64,000 nucleotides of DNA from a virus. Taxonomy: Duplodnaviria; Caudoviricetes. Made by a program: the position numbers and the translations under genes. Shown here one piece after another: positions 45,250 to 55,275 of this stretch. Within the stretch, counting starts at the first letter, position 1; each line of letters opens with the position of its first letter. The stretch spans positions 53,147 through 117,146 of IMG/VR virus record IMGVR_UViG_3300033463_000041. The stretch is one strand, 5' to 3'. The notes under the pieces are model-generated. The model was not told the origin of the DNA, did not search any database, and worked only from the letters and a program-made list of their open reading frames with translations.

Positions 45250-45618
45250 ATGAAGACTATCATCAAGATTATCGTGGCCGCTATGGTCGGCCTGTTCCTG
45301 GCAGCGTGGTCAGATGAGCACCACGTAGGCTATCGCTACGGATTCGTGGCTGTGTATTTCTTCGGCTCTATCGTGGTGTACTACGCCATCGAGTGCGCCA
45401 TCTCTGCAATGACGAAGCGCAAGCAGAACCGCTTCGACACTATCAAGCATCGTATGGGTAGCCGTAGCTATGGTCAGGCCGCCGTGTTCATCGGCACGGC
45501 TTGCCTCTATATGTGTACTCCCCAGCAGTGTGAAGAAATGTGCGATGACCTATGGCATCATGGTCAGCAGGCACACATGCAGATGCTGGAAGGTAATGAG
45601 ACATTCGACATTCTATAA
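45250..45618 (+). CDS. Membrane hypothetical protein
   Basis: Two hydrophobic helices; ATG at 45250. Confidence 0.6.
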   Translation: MKTIIKIIVAAMVGLFLAAWSDEHHVGYRYGFVAVYFFGSIVVYYAIECAISAMTKRKQNRFDTIKHRMGSRSYGQAAVFIGTACLYMCTPQQCEEMCDDLWHHGQQAHMQMLEGNETFDIL

Positions 45619-45640
45619 CATCAAATCAAATCTTACAATT

Positions 45641-45844
45641 ATGGCAACAAAGAGACAACAGGCGATGATTATCGCTATGGCCGCTATGGTCGGCACAAGT
45701 ACGGACATCATCGACCGCAACGCAGCAGCCGCTGCCCTGCGCGACATGAGAAGTGACATCGGTCACGACCAGACCTGCAGCATACAGGAAGACCCCTTCG
45801 ACTTTTCCTACACGTGGGATCCTACGGACGGAGATGTGGCATAA
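45641..45844 (+). CDS. Small hypothetical protein
   Basis: ATG at 45641 with the same 20-nt start context as gene 43912. Confidence 0.6.
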   Translation: MATKRQQAMIIAMAAMVGTSTDIIDRNAAAAALRDMRSDIGHDQTCSIQEDPFDFSYTWDPTDGDVA

Positions 45845-45863
45845 ACTATCGGGAGGAACGGCT

Positions 45864-46187
45864 ATGAAGAAGATTGAAGTATTGGAGTGGGGCTTGCAGC
45901 ATATTGCAGTCAACTATAAGATGGGTGCAAGTACCGAGGATTTGCAGAGCGAGGCCGAGGGTTGCATCTATGTGACCGAAGAGCATCCAGACGTATCGCC
46001 CGCACCTGTGAACGATGTGCAGATGCTATGCGACGACCTGGGCATAGATCGTGCCTATATGAAGACTTCGGAGTTCGGCATCGAGGTTACGCTGGATTGG
46101 CAGTGGCCTGAGACTATCGGACAGGAAGAGTACACCCCTACTGGGCATGAGATGTGGAAGCGCTTCGGCGTGGAGATTGGTTCTTAA
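45864..46187 (+). CDS. Acidic hypothetical protein
   Basis: ATG at 45864. Confidence 0.6.
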   Translation: MKKIEVLEWGLQHIAVNYKMGASTEDLQSEAEGCIYVTEEHPDVSPAPVNDVQMLCDDLGIDRAYMKTSEFGIEVTLDWQWPETIGQEEYTPTGHEMWKRFGVEIGS

Positions 46188-46193
46188 TCGGCT

Positions 46194-46742
46194 ATGACTA
46201 TGGCAACGAAGAAGCAGGCGGGGACTGAGCGCCCCTATACGTGGTACGAGTTCCTGAGCATCATCAGGAACATCGTGGAAGAACAGAAGATTGTGATGCA
46301 CGACGAGTTGGACTACTTTAATGCTAATTGGGAGCAGCAGGATAAGCCTATCGACATAGGTGTGTGGGACTGGCACCTTACCACGAAGACGGACTTCGGT
46401 GGCTGTGAGGGTGTCTATACGGACTTCTATGCTCATGTGGACTACAACGACGTGCGCCATGTGTTTACAGCTAAAACGCTGGACGGCAGCCGTGAGGCAT
46501 ACGTGAAGATGCACGAGTTTGCAGCCCGTGTGTGCCTGGTGGTATGTGACTATGTGAAAGAGCATGAGGACGAGTTCAACTGGACTGGCTTTGATGTGGG
46601 CTATTACAAGGACGGGGAACGTGTGACCTATATGCTGGCCCACAAGCACGAGAACGCTATGAAGTATGCCTTGGAACTGAAGCAGAAAGGCGAAAGGGCA
46701 TGGATACGTGACAATGCAGAACGAAAGTATGAGGAGGTATGA
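46194..46742 (+). CDS. Hypothetical protein
   Basis: 182 aa, DFGGCEGVYTD motif. Confidence 0.7.
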   Translation: MTMATKKQAGTERPYTWYEFLSIIRNIVEEQKIVMHDELDYFNANWEQQDKPIDIGVWDWHLTTKTDFGGCEGVYTDFYAHVDYNDVRHVFTAKTLDGSREAYVKMHEFAARVCLVVCDYVKEHEDEFNWTGFDVGYYKDGERVTYMLAHKHENAMKYALELKQKGERAWIRDNAERKYEEV

Positions 46743-47005
46743 AAAAAAGAATTTATCCCTACATGGCGGCTATGATGCTGGCTATGGCGAGCGACCCGTA
46801 TTTCTCTCTTGGACGCTCTAAGCGAACTATGAGCGAGGCAGAGCGCAAGCGTTACGAAGAGTATAAGCGCGAACGTGCTCACCGACTGAATCCTGTGGAT
46901 ATGTCGGAGCATGAGTTTATTATCAAGGGTGAGCGAATCATGGCGCATGACAAGAAGACCGCCAAGAAAATCTATGCTCGCCGACATCCAAAGAAAGGGA
47001 AGTGA
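46739..47005 (+). CDS. Hypothetical protein
   Basis: 88 aa; ATGA overlap with previous gene. Confidence 0.6.
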   Translation: MKKRIYPYMAAMMLAMASDPYFSLGRSKRTMSEAERKRYEEYKRERAHRLNPVDMSEHEFIIKGERIMAHDKKTAKKIYARRHPKKGK

Positions 47006-47007
47006 CT

Positions 47008-47211
47008 ATGAGCAATAGGGCAAGAATCAAGGTCAGGAGACCTAAGAAGTCAGTGCGCTACAAGGAGGAGGTTACGCTCACCAAGAAGTACACGAGCTTT
47101 AACATCTTTACCCGTGACGGGGATAACCGCACCGTCACAAGCGAGAAACCTATGACGCTGAACGAAGCGCTTTACCACTATCACGCGCTATCTATCAGTG
47201 GAAACGAATAA
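47008..47211 (+). CDS. Small hypothetical protein
   Basis: ATG at 47008. Confidence 0.5.
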   Translation: MSNRARIKVRRPKKSVRYKEEVTLTKKYTSFNIFTRDGDNRTVTSEKPMTLNEALYHYHALSISGNE

Positions 47212-47236
47212 CAACAATTTAAAACGTAAACGAATT

Positions 47237-47353
47237 ATGAAAGCAAGAACTATCAGAATGAACAAGGTGCGCAAAGCTATCGCATCAGTATATCACGTAA
47301 GTAACGCAGAGGCACAGGAAATGGTGCCCATGTTTATACGTAAAGCAGCATAA
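47237..47353 (+). CDS. 38-aa peptide (not in ORF track)
   Basis: MKARTIRMNKVRKAIASVYHVSNAEAQEMVPMFIRKAA; A-rich initiation region. Confidence 0.45.
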   Translation: MKARTIRMNKVRKAIASVYHVSNAEAQEMVPMFIRKAA

Positions 47354-47386
47354 GTTATTAACAGTCAAAATTCGGAGGACGAAAGT

Positions 47387-48307
47387 ATGACACAGAATTT
47401 GCAGGGTGCCGACCTTATCGGCAAAGTGATTGTAGTAAACGGCAGTAATGTCAAGTATGTAATCAAGTCAGTGGACGGCGACAAGCTGATGACGGACTTC
47501 ATCATGGGCGACCGCACTATGCCCTGCCCCGTGCCTATGAGCCAGGTGGAGAGCATGGTGGCAGCAGGTAAGTGGACTATCGAGGGCGAGACCGCCAGCG
47601 AGAACAAGGCAGAGGACGTAAAGCCTGAAGCTACCGCTACCGAGGAAGCTACCGCCGAGGAGCCTACCGCAACTGAGGAGGTGGAAGAGGTTATCGACGA
47701 ACCAGAGCCTGCGCCTGCTCAGACCGTCAAGATGAAGACGGAGATGCCGAAGGACAAGGCTGAGGAGAAGGCTACACCTAAGCCACAGAAGCCACAGACT
47801 AAGGCTAAGAAGAAGGAGCAGGAAGCGCCTGCCGCTGGTCGTCTGCGCTACGAGACCTACACCACGAAGAAGGGTAAGACGGGTGCGAAGATCGTTGGCT
47901 TCAACGAGACGGATGCTGCCTATTTGGCTGGTCCCGAGCTGCACGGCTCTAAGGCGTGGGAAAATGACAAGCAGGGCAACAAGACGTTCTGTCTGCTGTT
48001 CAGTCATCGCTATGCCAAGGCTGCAGAGGACGTATGCAAGGCACTGAACGCTGGCAAGAGCGTGGCAGACTGCCAGGCTATCATTGACGGATGCACCGAG
48101 GAGCGTGCCCAGCGTCGTGAGGAATGGCGAGCAAGACGTGACGCACGCGACAATGCCGCTACCAACGAGGGCGAGGCTACCGCCACCACCGAGAAGCTCT
48201 ATACCGAGGCAGAGGTGCGCAAGGCGTTCGCTACACTGGCCGAGGCAAGCGGTGTGGACGTTAAGGAGTTTGAGCCTATCATCGAGGCTATGCGGGCAGC
48301 TGCATAG
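47387..48307 (+). CDS. Hypothetical early protein with E/A/T/P-rich linker
   Basis: 306 aa, strong codon bias, ends RAAA. Confidence 0.75.
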   Translation: MTQNLQGADLIGKVIVVNGSNVKYVIKSVDGDKLMTDFIMGDRTMPCPVPMSQVESMVAAGKWTIEGETASENKAEDVKPEATATEEATAEEPTATEEVEEVIDEPEPAPAQTVKMKTEMPKDKAEEKATPKPQKPQTKAKKKEQEAPAAGRLRYETYTTKKGKTGAKIVGFNETDAAYLAGPELHGSKAWENDKQGNKTFCLLFSHRYAKAAEDVCKALNAGKSVADCQAIIDGCTEERAQRREEWRARRDARDNAATNEGEATATTEKLYTEAEVRKAFATLAEASGVDVKEFEPIIEAMRAAA

Positions 48308-48317
48308 CTATAACGAC

Positions 48318-48373
48318 CACGGATTGCACGGATGACACGGATTGATATCTGTGTTGTCTGTGCTATCTGTGTG
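48318..48373. repeat. 9-bp CACGGAT / ATCTGTG inverted repeat element
   Basis: (CACGGAT)x3 followed by (TCTGTG)x3; related run at 41997-42020. Confidence 0.55.
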
Positions 48374-48413
48374 ACAACTAAGCAGAATTACAAACATCAA
48401 AAATCTTACGATT

Positions 48414-48860
48414 ATGGGACTGGATTTAAGTGCAATCAGAGCAGCTGCTGCAAAGATGAAGCAGGAGCAGGAACAGCCAAAGACGAACACGAATAGCACG
48501 AATAGTGCTAAAACAAAGGCTGAGCCTAAAGCTAAGACGCAAACTAAGAGTGCGCCTAAGACTGACACGCCCAAGACCAAGGGCGGTGCGAAGTACGTCA
48601 TCCCTGCCGAGTTCAAGCAGGCTATCGAAGACCACTTGAAGGGTAGGGCAGACATGAAGGAGAAACTATCGAAGAAAGGCAAGTCGATTGACGGCTGCTG
48701 TGATTATATATTCGACGTGATGCGCAAGCGGGCTGAAAAGGAGCGCGGAGGCAAGAGCGCCGTGGGCCTCTATGCCAACCCTGACGAAATATTCGGTCTG
48801 GCTTGTCACTACTATGACGAAAGCGAAGAGGCCTTGAAAGAGGAACTGAAAAAGAAATAA
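48414..48860 (+). CDS. PcfK-like protein (AcrIIA9-related family)
   Basis: FKQAIEDHL..RA..KSIDGCCDYI..DEIFGLACHYYDE; paired with PcfJ. Confidence 0.7.
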   Translation: MGLDLSAIRAAAAKMKQEQEQPKTNTNSTNSAKTKAEPKAKTQTKSAPKTDTPKTKGGAKYVIPAEFKQAIEDHLKGRADMKEKLSKKGKSIDGCCDYIFDVMRKRAEKERGGKSAVGLYANPDEIFGLACHYYDESEEALKEELKKK

Positions 48861-48863
48861 GCT

Positions 48864-50195
48864 ATGGCAAGGAAACTGACAGCATTTGAGAAACAATGCA
48901 CGACTATCAATAACCGACTGAGCGGGTATCCAAAGGGTGACAAGGAGCGCAAGATATACGGCAGCGTATATCAGCCTGGTATTATTACCCGTATGTATCG
49001 TCGTCGCAGGGTGTGGTATTGCAGCGAGTGTGGCAGCGAGATTGGGGTGCTGACACAGGAGGAGTGCCCAGTATGTCACAAGAAATGGACGGCGGCGTGT
49101 TGTGATGAGAAAGGTCGTGAGGTTGGCTATCACATGACGCTGGAAGCCAAGGGCGATATTCAGTTGACACGCATCTATCGTGTGGAACGTACTACGCACT
49201 ATGGCAAGCAGGCCACAAGGTTTGTGTGGGAGGTGGAGCGTATCATGTATAGTCCGACTGGTGAGCGCAAGGTGTTTGCCCGTAACATTCAGGCGATGTC
49301 GTGGTACTACGATGCTTTCAGCTGTGGCTCGCCTATCAAGATGAAGCGTGAGTGCAACCACTCGCAGTATTCTGCATCGAAGTCGCAGTTGCGCTATAAC
49401 CTGAACGTGTGGAGCTACGACATTCAGAGTTTGACGGAGCAATGGCGCTATAAAGATATCTCTGGACTGATGGAAGACTTCAAGGGCGATACCAGTGCGC
49501 TGCGAGTGATTGCCTATCCGTGGGCTGAGACCATGCGCAAGACGGGGCAGGAAAAGTTGTTCCGCTATCTGGTAAATGAAATGGAGTCGCTGCCTACTGG
49601 TTGTCACCATGCGCTGAACATCTGTGCTCGTAACAAGTACACGATAAAAGATCCGTCGCTATGGCTCGACCACTTGTGGCTGCTGAAGTATCTCAGACTT
49701 GACACGCACAATGCCCACTATGTATGCCCCAAGGATTTGAGGACACAGCATAATGAGCTGCTGGAGCGTAAGCGTCATGAGGACGAACGCAGGGCGGCTA
49801 TTCGCCGTGAGCGTGAGACGCAACGGAAGTTGGAGCGTATGGAGAAAGAGAAGACGGCCTATCGGAAACGGTGGGCAAAGGTGCTACCGCTGACGCTATC
49901 AGGTCAGAACCTGAATATCCGTCCGCTGCAATCGGTGGAAGAGTTTGCGGAAGAGGGCAACGCCATGCACCACTGCGTATTCTCTATGGACTACTACAAG
50001 AAGTCCACCAGTCTGATATTATCGGCAAAGGACAACGACGGCAACCGACTGGCTACTATCGAGTACAACACGAAGAACAAGGAGATTGTGCAGTGCCGTG
50101 CGGCATGTAACAAGGTACCTGAGCGCGACGCTGAGATACGTCAGTTGATAACCTCTCACAGGGCAGACTTCCAGCGATTGCTGAAAGCTGCCTAA
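48864..50195 (+). CDS. PcfJ domain protein
   Basis: N-terminal CSECG/CPVC; C-terminal PLQSVEEFAEEGNAMHHCVF..YY..ATIE..IVQCRAACN. Confidence 0.8.
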   Translation: MARKLTAFEKQCTTINNRLSGYPKGDKERKIYGSVYQPGIITRMYRRRRVWYCSECGSEIGVLTQEECPVCHKKWTAACCDEKGREVGYHMTLEAKGDIQLTRIYRVERTTHYGKQATRFVWEVERIMYSPTGERKVFARNIQAMSWYYDAFSCGSPIKMKRECNHSQYSASKSQLRYNLNVWSYDIQSLTEQWRYKDISGLMEDFKGDTSALRVIAYPWAETMRKTGQEKLFRYLVNEMESLPTGCHHALNICARNKYTIKDPSLWLDHLWLLKYLRLDTHNAHYVCPKDLRTQHNELLERKRHEDERRAAIRRERETQRKLERMEKEKTAYRKRWAKVLPLTLSGQNLNIRPLQSVEEFAEEGNAMHHCVFSMDYYKKSTSLILSAKDNDGNRLATIEYNTKNKEIVQCRAACNKVPERDAEIRQLITSHRADFQRLLKAA

Positions 50196-50231
50196 TACCT
50201 ATATCGAAGTTGAATTTTAAACTTTACGACA

Positions 50232-51278
50232 ATGGCAAAGAAAAAATTTACGATGAACGACTCGCAGAAGGAGAAGTATGCGGAGTTGTTCGAGGCTGAA
50301 CTGAACGCAATGGAGCGTAGCGACTGGACGCAACCGTGGGTGTCGCCCAATATGGGTGCGCCGTGTAACCTCTACCGCCGTCGGCATCCCTACCGCAAGA
50401 GCAATGCCTTCTGGCTGGCTATGCTGATGCAGGTGAAGGGCTGGAGCACGCCCTACTTCCTGACGAAGACGGACTTGGTGAACGAGGACGGCAGTCGCAA
50501 GTATGACGGTCTGCAGGCTAACTGCACGATGGTGACTGACGAGCAGGGTATGCCGAAGTTCGACGACAACGGCTGTCCTGTGATGGAGTACGAACGGAGA
50601 TTCCCCGTATTCTTCTACAAGCCTATCTACAAGGACAAGGACGGCAACACCGTGAGCGAAGAGGACTATCGGGCCATGAGCGACGAGGAACGTCAGGAGT
50701 TGAAGGTGTTCTTCTACCGCACTCACTATCTGGTGTACAACCTGGACCAGACGAACTTCAAGGAACTCTATGCCGACGACTACGAGGCGATGGTGGCGGT
50801 TCCTGAGCACGACTACCAGACAGGCCAGCGTGACGAGGTGCTGGAGCGGATGATCGCTGGCGAATGGATTTGTCCTATTCACTTCGGCGGTCACTCGGCT
50901 CACTACAGCCCTATGGAGCACCATATCCGACTGCCGGAGCGTTCACAGTTCCTGGGCGATGCGAAGTTCTATGCGGTAGCTCTGCATGAGATGGCGCACT
51001 CTACGAAGAAAGACCTGCGCCGCGAGTTGGACGAGCCCTACGAGGAATTTGTGGCAGAGCTGACGGCAGCGTGTGTATGCAGCCGTCTTGGTGTCGGCAA
51101 GTTGCTGGACGAGCAGCATATTGCCTATGTGGCCTCGTGGCGCAAGGCTCTCCGCGACGACAAGGACTTCATCCCTCGCGTCATCGACCATGTGCAAATG
51201 GCCTCTAACTTCATCTTCAACCGCTACGATGCCGTGGCGAAGAAGATGGAAGGTCCGAAGCTGCTGCAAGCAGCGTAA
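50232..51278 (+). CDS. ardC: ArdC-like antirestriction protein (ssDNA-binding domain + zincin-like domain)
   Basis: WTQPW..PCN..Y..N..L, YLVYNLDQT, AHYSP..HHIRLP..F, LHEMAHST, YEEFVAEL, YVASW. Confidence 0.85.
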   Translation: MAKKKFTMNDSQKEKYAELFEAELNAMERSDWTQPWVSPNMGAPCNLYRRRHPYRKSNAFWLAMLMQVKGWSTPYFLTKTDLVNEDGSRKYDGLQANCTMVTDEQGMPKFDDNGCPVMEYERRFPVFFYKPIYKDKDGNTVSEEDYRAMSDEERQELKVFFYRTHYLVYNLDQTNFKELYADDYEAMVAVPEHDYQTGQRDEVLERMIAGEWICPIHFGGHSAHYSPMEHHIRLPERSQFLGDAKFYAVALHEMAHSTKKDLRRELDEPYEEFVAELTAACVCSRLGVGKLLDEQHIAYVASWRKALRDDKDFIPRVIDHVQMASNFIFNRYDAVAKKMEGPKLLQAA

Positions 51279-51286
51279 CACTATCG

Positions 51287-51311
51287 AGGGGTCGTCGCCT
51301 GACGGCTCCTC
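51287..51311 (+). other. Intergenic hairpin after ardC
   Basis: GAGGGGTCGTC GCCT GACGGCTCCTC (stem with G-U pairs). Confidence 0.45.
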
Positions 51312-51346
51312 AAAATCTATCAAAATCTTACAAAAAATTATCCAAA

Positions 51347-51598
51347 ATGGAGACTATCAAGTATGACGTAACGGCGGCGCATCTATGTAAGACAGACTGC
51401 CCGTTTTGTGTAGGCGACCAGTGGAAGAAGGTTGGTGCCTATGAGTGTACCGAACGTTGCCCTGCCTTTGTCAGTCATGACATGGAGCAGCAGATCGTAG
51501 TATGCAACCCCGAAAAGGTTCCCTATGCCCGCTTCGTATGGAGCGATAAGATGCGAAAGAAATACCCCAATCTGGGAAAAGATAAAATCAAAAAGTAA
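51347..51598 (+). CDS. Cys-rich small protein
   Basis: CKTDCPFC..KVGAYECTERCPAF..VVC. Confidence 0.6.
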   Translation: METIKYDVTAAHLCKTDCPFCVGDQWKKVGAYECTERCPAFVSHDMEQQIVVCNPEKVPYARFVWSDKMRKKYPNLGKDKIKK

Positions 51599-51605
51599 AA
51601 CGACT

Positions 51606-52247
51606 ATGAACTATTACGTGATTGACGATGTGAAGACCAAGGTGTATAGCATATTCGGATCTTCGTATAAAAAGATGCCTAATGCTCCTGCTATTGTAGC
51701 TGTGAGCGACTACAACAAGAAGAACGTTGAGAATGGCCGTGAGTTTACAACCGACGGCATTGTCTATGCAGACGGCACTTTCTGCTTCGGGCCGAGCAAG
51801 AGGATTGTTTCCTACGGCTCATGTAGAGAGGCAACACCTGAAGAGGTGCAACGGCTGGCCGACTGTGCGGCAAGTGTGAACCTGGCCTATATGACGCTGG
51901 AGCAGGAGCACAAGAATATCTGGACTAAGAAGACGTGGACTACGACCTACGAGGCTCTGGCCTATATTTCGACGGACGCTATGCGCTTCCGCTTGAATGG
52001 TGAGATTGTGGGCTGGAAAGAGGTTGAAGCCTACGAGCCTGCCGAGGGTATGCACTTCGCCTGGTACCACGACAACGGCTATAGCTATTTGGGCGTGGAT
52101 CCTGCGAAGAAAGAAGACTGGATAGCTGCTGTACGCAAAATCAAGAAAGTGTGGTATGGCAATCTGTACGGCATCGTGTATCTGGAGAATGGCGTTATCG
52201 ACGTTCGCCAGTGCAGCAAGAGATATAGTGAAGTGAGTAACACATAA
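51606..52247 (+). CDS. Hypothetical protein
   Basis: ATG at 51606. Confidence 0.65.
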   Translation: MNYYVIDDVKTKVYSIFGSSYKKMPNAPAIVAVSDYNKKNVENGREFTTDGIVYADGTFCFGPSKRIVSYGSCREATPEEVQRLADCAASVNLAYMTLEQEHKNIWTKKTWTTTYEALAYISTDAMRFRLNGEIVGWKEVEAYEPAEGMHFAWYHDNGYSYLGVDPAKKEDWIAAVRKIKKVWYGNLYGIVYLENGVIDVRQCSKRYSEVSNT

Positions 52248-52260
52248 ACGAGTTACGACT

Positions 52261-52752
52261 ATGAATACAGTAGAAATCATCATGCAGCAGAAGAAGATTG
52301 CTGCCGAGAAGGAAAAGGCCGAGCGTAAATTGGCCTATGACACAATCAAGGAGTGGGTGGAGAAGCATGTAGACAAGTTCGCCCACGAGTTACTGAACAA
52401 TATAGCCAGACGCTTTTCGGCTGGTTCGTCTATGGCGCGCTATCGCTGCGTCTCAGGTTTCTGTAACCACCATCTGGGCGAGGACTATCCAGAGAACGTG
52501 GGAAGATGGTGGAAGGTGGAGTACTGGAACAACTTCAAGCAGAAAGAGTATGGATTCGACTTCGTGGAGCGGTTCTTCAATCAGGCTCCTATCGAAAAGA
52601 GCGAATACGCTGAGAATATCTGTTGTGCTTTCGTATCGCAGTTGGTGTTCCATACTGCGCTGCCTGAACTGCTCAGGAGCGAGGGCTTTGTGGTAAAGCA
52701 CGACGGCTGCGGATGCTGTGAAATGATTGAGGTGAGACTACCTGAAGCATAG
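52261..52752 (+). CDS. Hypothetical protein
   Basis: 163-aa ORF. Confidence 0.65.
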   Translation: MNTVEIIMQQKKIAAEKEKAERKLAYDTIKEWVEKHVDKFAHELLNNIARRFSAGSSMARYRCVSGFCNHHLGEDYPENVGRWWKVEYWNNFKQKEYGFDFVERFFNQAPIEKSEYAENICCAFVSQLVFHTALPELLRSEGFVVKHDGCGCCEMIEVRLPEA

Positions 52753-52764
52753 GAGGATAAGACT

Positions 52765-53154
52765 ATGGGACAATGTTATTCTATAGAAATCAAGGCGAGG
52801 TTCAAGGACGAAAACGGCGCAAAGAAAGCGCTGCAGGCGAAGCTCGACAGGCATGAAGAGGAGCACGTAAACTACAACCTCGACCACTTCACAGGTGAGC
52901 TTGGTCTGTCTACCGACAACCTGCACGACCTGATGGGCATATTCTTCGGCGGCTGGAAGGGAAAGTTGGAACCTTCGATCACCGACGACTGGGAGTATGC
53001 CGACTTCGATGCCTCCTATGGCTGGGAGAGTATTATGATGGAAGCCTTCGAGGTGATCGCGCCCTACCTGGCCGACGGCTCCGTGATTAAAATCTATCCC
53101 GACTCCGGCTGCGACCACGGAACGGTCAGGAACGGGAAATGCAAATGGGCATAA
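52765..53154 (+). CDS. Hypothetical protein
   Basis: 129 aa, FDASYGWE motif. Confidence 0.65.
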   Translation: MGQCYSIEIKARFKDENGAKKALQAKLDRHEEEHVNYNLDHFTGELGLSTDNLHDLMGIFFGGWKGKLEPSITDDWEYADFDASYGWESIMMEAFEVIAPYLADGSVIKIYPDSGCDHGTVRNGKCKWA

Positions 53155-53171
53155 CTAAAACGAGTGAGACT

Positions 53172-53561
53172 ATGGAGAAGAAAGATTTCTATGGCGACAT
53201 CAGGAATCTGCACAAGGAAATTGTGGCGGAGATTGTAAAGTTGATGGTGGAGCATGACGTGAAGGAGGTTGACCTACTCGGTAGTAGTGCCGACCACGCT
53301 TACGTTATCGGCGCACCATTCGACTGGGATGTGGACTACATGGAGGCCGAGGTCTCTAAGGTGTACTACGAGGACGGGCAGTTGGTGCTTGACGTTTGCT
53401 GGAACATCGACACGTTCGAGTTGGCTGAGCAGAACGAGAATGGTGACATTGGCGATGCCTATACAGATGTAAAGGCCAATGACTTCACCTGCATCAAGCC
53501 CTGTGCTGGCATTGATTCGGTGTATGAGAGTGTATGGCAAGTGTTGGAACAAAACAAGTAA
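53172..53561 (+). CDS. Acidic hypothetical protein
   Basis: ATG at 53172; very D/E-rich. Confidence 0.65.
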   Translation: MEKKDFYGDIRNLHKEIVAEIVKLMVEHDVKEVDLLGSSADHAYVIGAPFDWDVDYMEAEVSKVYYEDGQLVLDVCWNIDTFELAEQNENGDIGDAYTDVKANDFTCIKPCAGIDSVYESVWQVLEQNK

Positions 53562-53566
53562 CCACT

Positions 53567-54688
53567 ATGACACAGAAAGAGTATATCCAGATGGTGAACG
53601 AAGCGAAGCAACGGAGCTTTGAGTATTATGTGCTGTCGAAGCCGACTATCAGCGACGCGACGTTCGATGCGATGGTGGACTGCATAGAGTTGGCGGAGTT
53701 GGAGCATCCTGAATGGACGCTACCTGACTCGCCGACGCAGTGTGTAGGCAGTGACCTGTCGGGTAACGGCAAGCGACTGGTGCGTCACCGCACACCGATG
53801 CTATCGTGCCAAAAGGCACAGACAACAGAGGCGGTTGAGAAATGGATTGCCGCTACGGAGAAGAAGTTGAAGAAGCAGGACGCCGGTATCTACTACGAAC
53901 TGGAATGGAAGTTGGACGGCATCAGTTGTTCGCTGGTGTATCAGGACGGCACGCTGATCAGCGCCGCTACCCGTGGCGACGGCAAGCAGGGCAGCGACCT
54001 GATGGAGCACGTGAAGATGATACCGACGGTGCCTATGACGATTACCGAAATGGGTAGGGTAGAGGTGCGCGGCGAGATTGTATGTCCCAAGTCTCACCTG
54101 CCGTTTATGTCAGAGAGCTATGCCGACTGCAGAAGTGCAGCAAGTGGCATCTGTGGCAAGAACTATGTGACCGCCGACACGACGCTGCTGGAGTTCGTGG
54201 TGTGGCAGTTGGAAGGCGACGAAATCGGCACAGAGGCTTGTGCTATCGACATTGCCGAGGATTTGGGCTTCAAGACCTGTGGCTATAAGGGTTGCTGGAC
54301 GCCAAATGTTATCAAGCGTCTGGGTGAGTTCGCTATCGAGCGTGACGCACTGGACTGGCCTACTGACGGTGTGGTGGTGAAGATAAACACCAAGCCGCTG
54401 GCTGAGAGGATGGGTTATACCGACCATCATCCGAAAGGCTGCATCGCCTACAAGTTCCCACCGCAGAAGACGACGACCACGGTAAGGCGCATAGAGATAA
54501 CCGTTGGTGCTACGGGCCGTCGTACCCCTGTCTGCTGGTTTGATCCTGTGACTATCGGGGCACGTACTATGGAGAAAGCCAGTCTTGGCAGTGAGGACAC
54601 GATGGAGAAGCTCGGCGTCTATGAGGGCTGCACCGTAGAAGTGGGCCTGAGTAACGATGTGACGCCGAAAGTGTACAGAGTAATCTAA
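53567..54688 (+). CDS. Minimal NAD+-dependent DNA ligase (Ia, adenylation and OB domains only)
   Basis: YYVLSKPTISDATFD, PDSPTQCVG, H..PMLS, EWKLDG, ATRGDG..G, EVRGE, DGVVVK, IAYKF, VGATGR.TP, NDVTPKV; ends right after motif VI. Confidence 0.88.
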   Translation: MTQKEYIQMVNEAKQRSFEYYVLSKPTISDATFDAMVDCIELAELEHPEWTLPDSPTQCVGSDLSGNGKRLVRHRTPMLSCQKAQTTEAVEKWIAATEKKLKKQDAGIYYELEWKLDGISCSLVYQDGTLISAATRGDGKQGSDLMEHVKMIPTVPMTITEMGRVEVRGEIVCPKSHLPFMSESYADCRSAASGICGKNYVTADTTLLEFVVWQLEGDEIGTEACAIDIAEDLGFKTCGYKGCWTPNVIKRLGEFAIERDALDWPTDGVVVKINTKPLAERMGYTDHHPKGCIAYKFPPQKTTTTVRRIEITVGATGRRTPVCWFDPVTIGARTMEKASLGSEDTMEKLGVYEGCTVEVGLSNDVTPKVYRVI

Positions 54689-54700
54689 AACGATACGACT

Positions 54701-55099
54701 ATGGAAAAGATTGATGCACCCATTGACAACAAAAACTTGATGGAAGACCCGTTCGAGGATGAGGTCTTCGGAGATTTCTATGCAGGGTCTGACCATCGTA
54801 AGAATGGTGTACGGCATCTGATTGGTTTGGCGGAAGTTTACGACGAGGAATTTCCTAAGTGCGTGAATTATTCGGCATACGTCGATGTGACTTGGACTTA
54901 TGGTGCAAGTCATATCACTATCAAGGTGATTGGCGTTTCTGCCAGTGAGGACTTTGAGGAAACGAAAAACGAAGTCTTAGAGCACTATAAGAAGGTGTTC
55001 AAGGCTTGGGAGTGTGAAGACAATCCCGACCTAAAGGTAGAGTTCTATCAGCTGAACAATCAGCTGAACGTGATATTCTATTTTGAAGTCTGCGATTAA
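54701..55099 (+). CDS. Acidic hypothetical protein
   Basis: 132-aa ORF. Confidence 0.6.
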   Translation: MEKIDAPIDNKNLMEDPFEDEVFGDFYAGSDHRKNGVRHLIGLAEVYDEEFPKCVNYSAYVDVTWTYGASHITIKVIGVSASEDFEETKNEVLEHYKKVFKAWECEDNPDLKVEFYQLNNQLNVIFYFEVCD

Positions 55100-55139
55100 G
55101 CGAGAGCAGAGCCATGCTTGCATGAGCTATGCCGAGCGT
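55093..55139 (+). repeat. 47-bp direct repeat copy 1 (REP-like)
   Basis: CGATTAAGCGAGAGCAGAGCCATGCTTGCATGAGCTATGCCGAGCGT. Confidence 0.85.
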
Positions 55140-55203
55140 GAGCAGACTCGACGAAAGTCAAAGTGAATGATAAACTTTGCACATATTGTAAGATTTTTGT
55201 TTC

Positions 55204-55240
55204 GGACTGGCCTGCTGTGACAGCACGCCGGTCCTCTTTT
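55204..55240 (+). terminator. Terminator-like hairpin
   Basis: GGACTGGC.TGCTG TGA CAGCA.GCCGGTCC followed by TCTTTT. Confidence 0.5.
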
Positions 55241-55275
55241 GGTGAGAAAATAATGTTTTAAAACACGATATAGCT

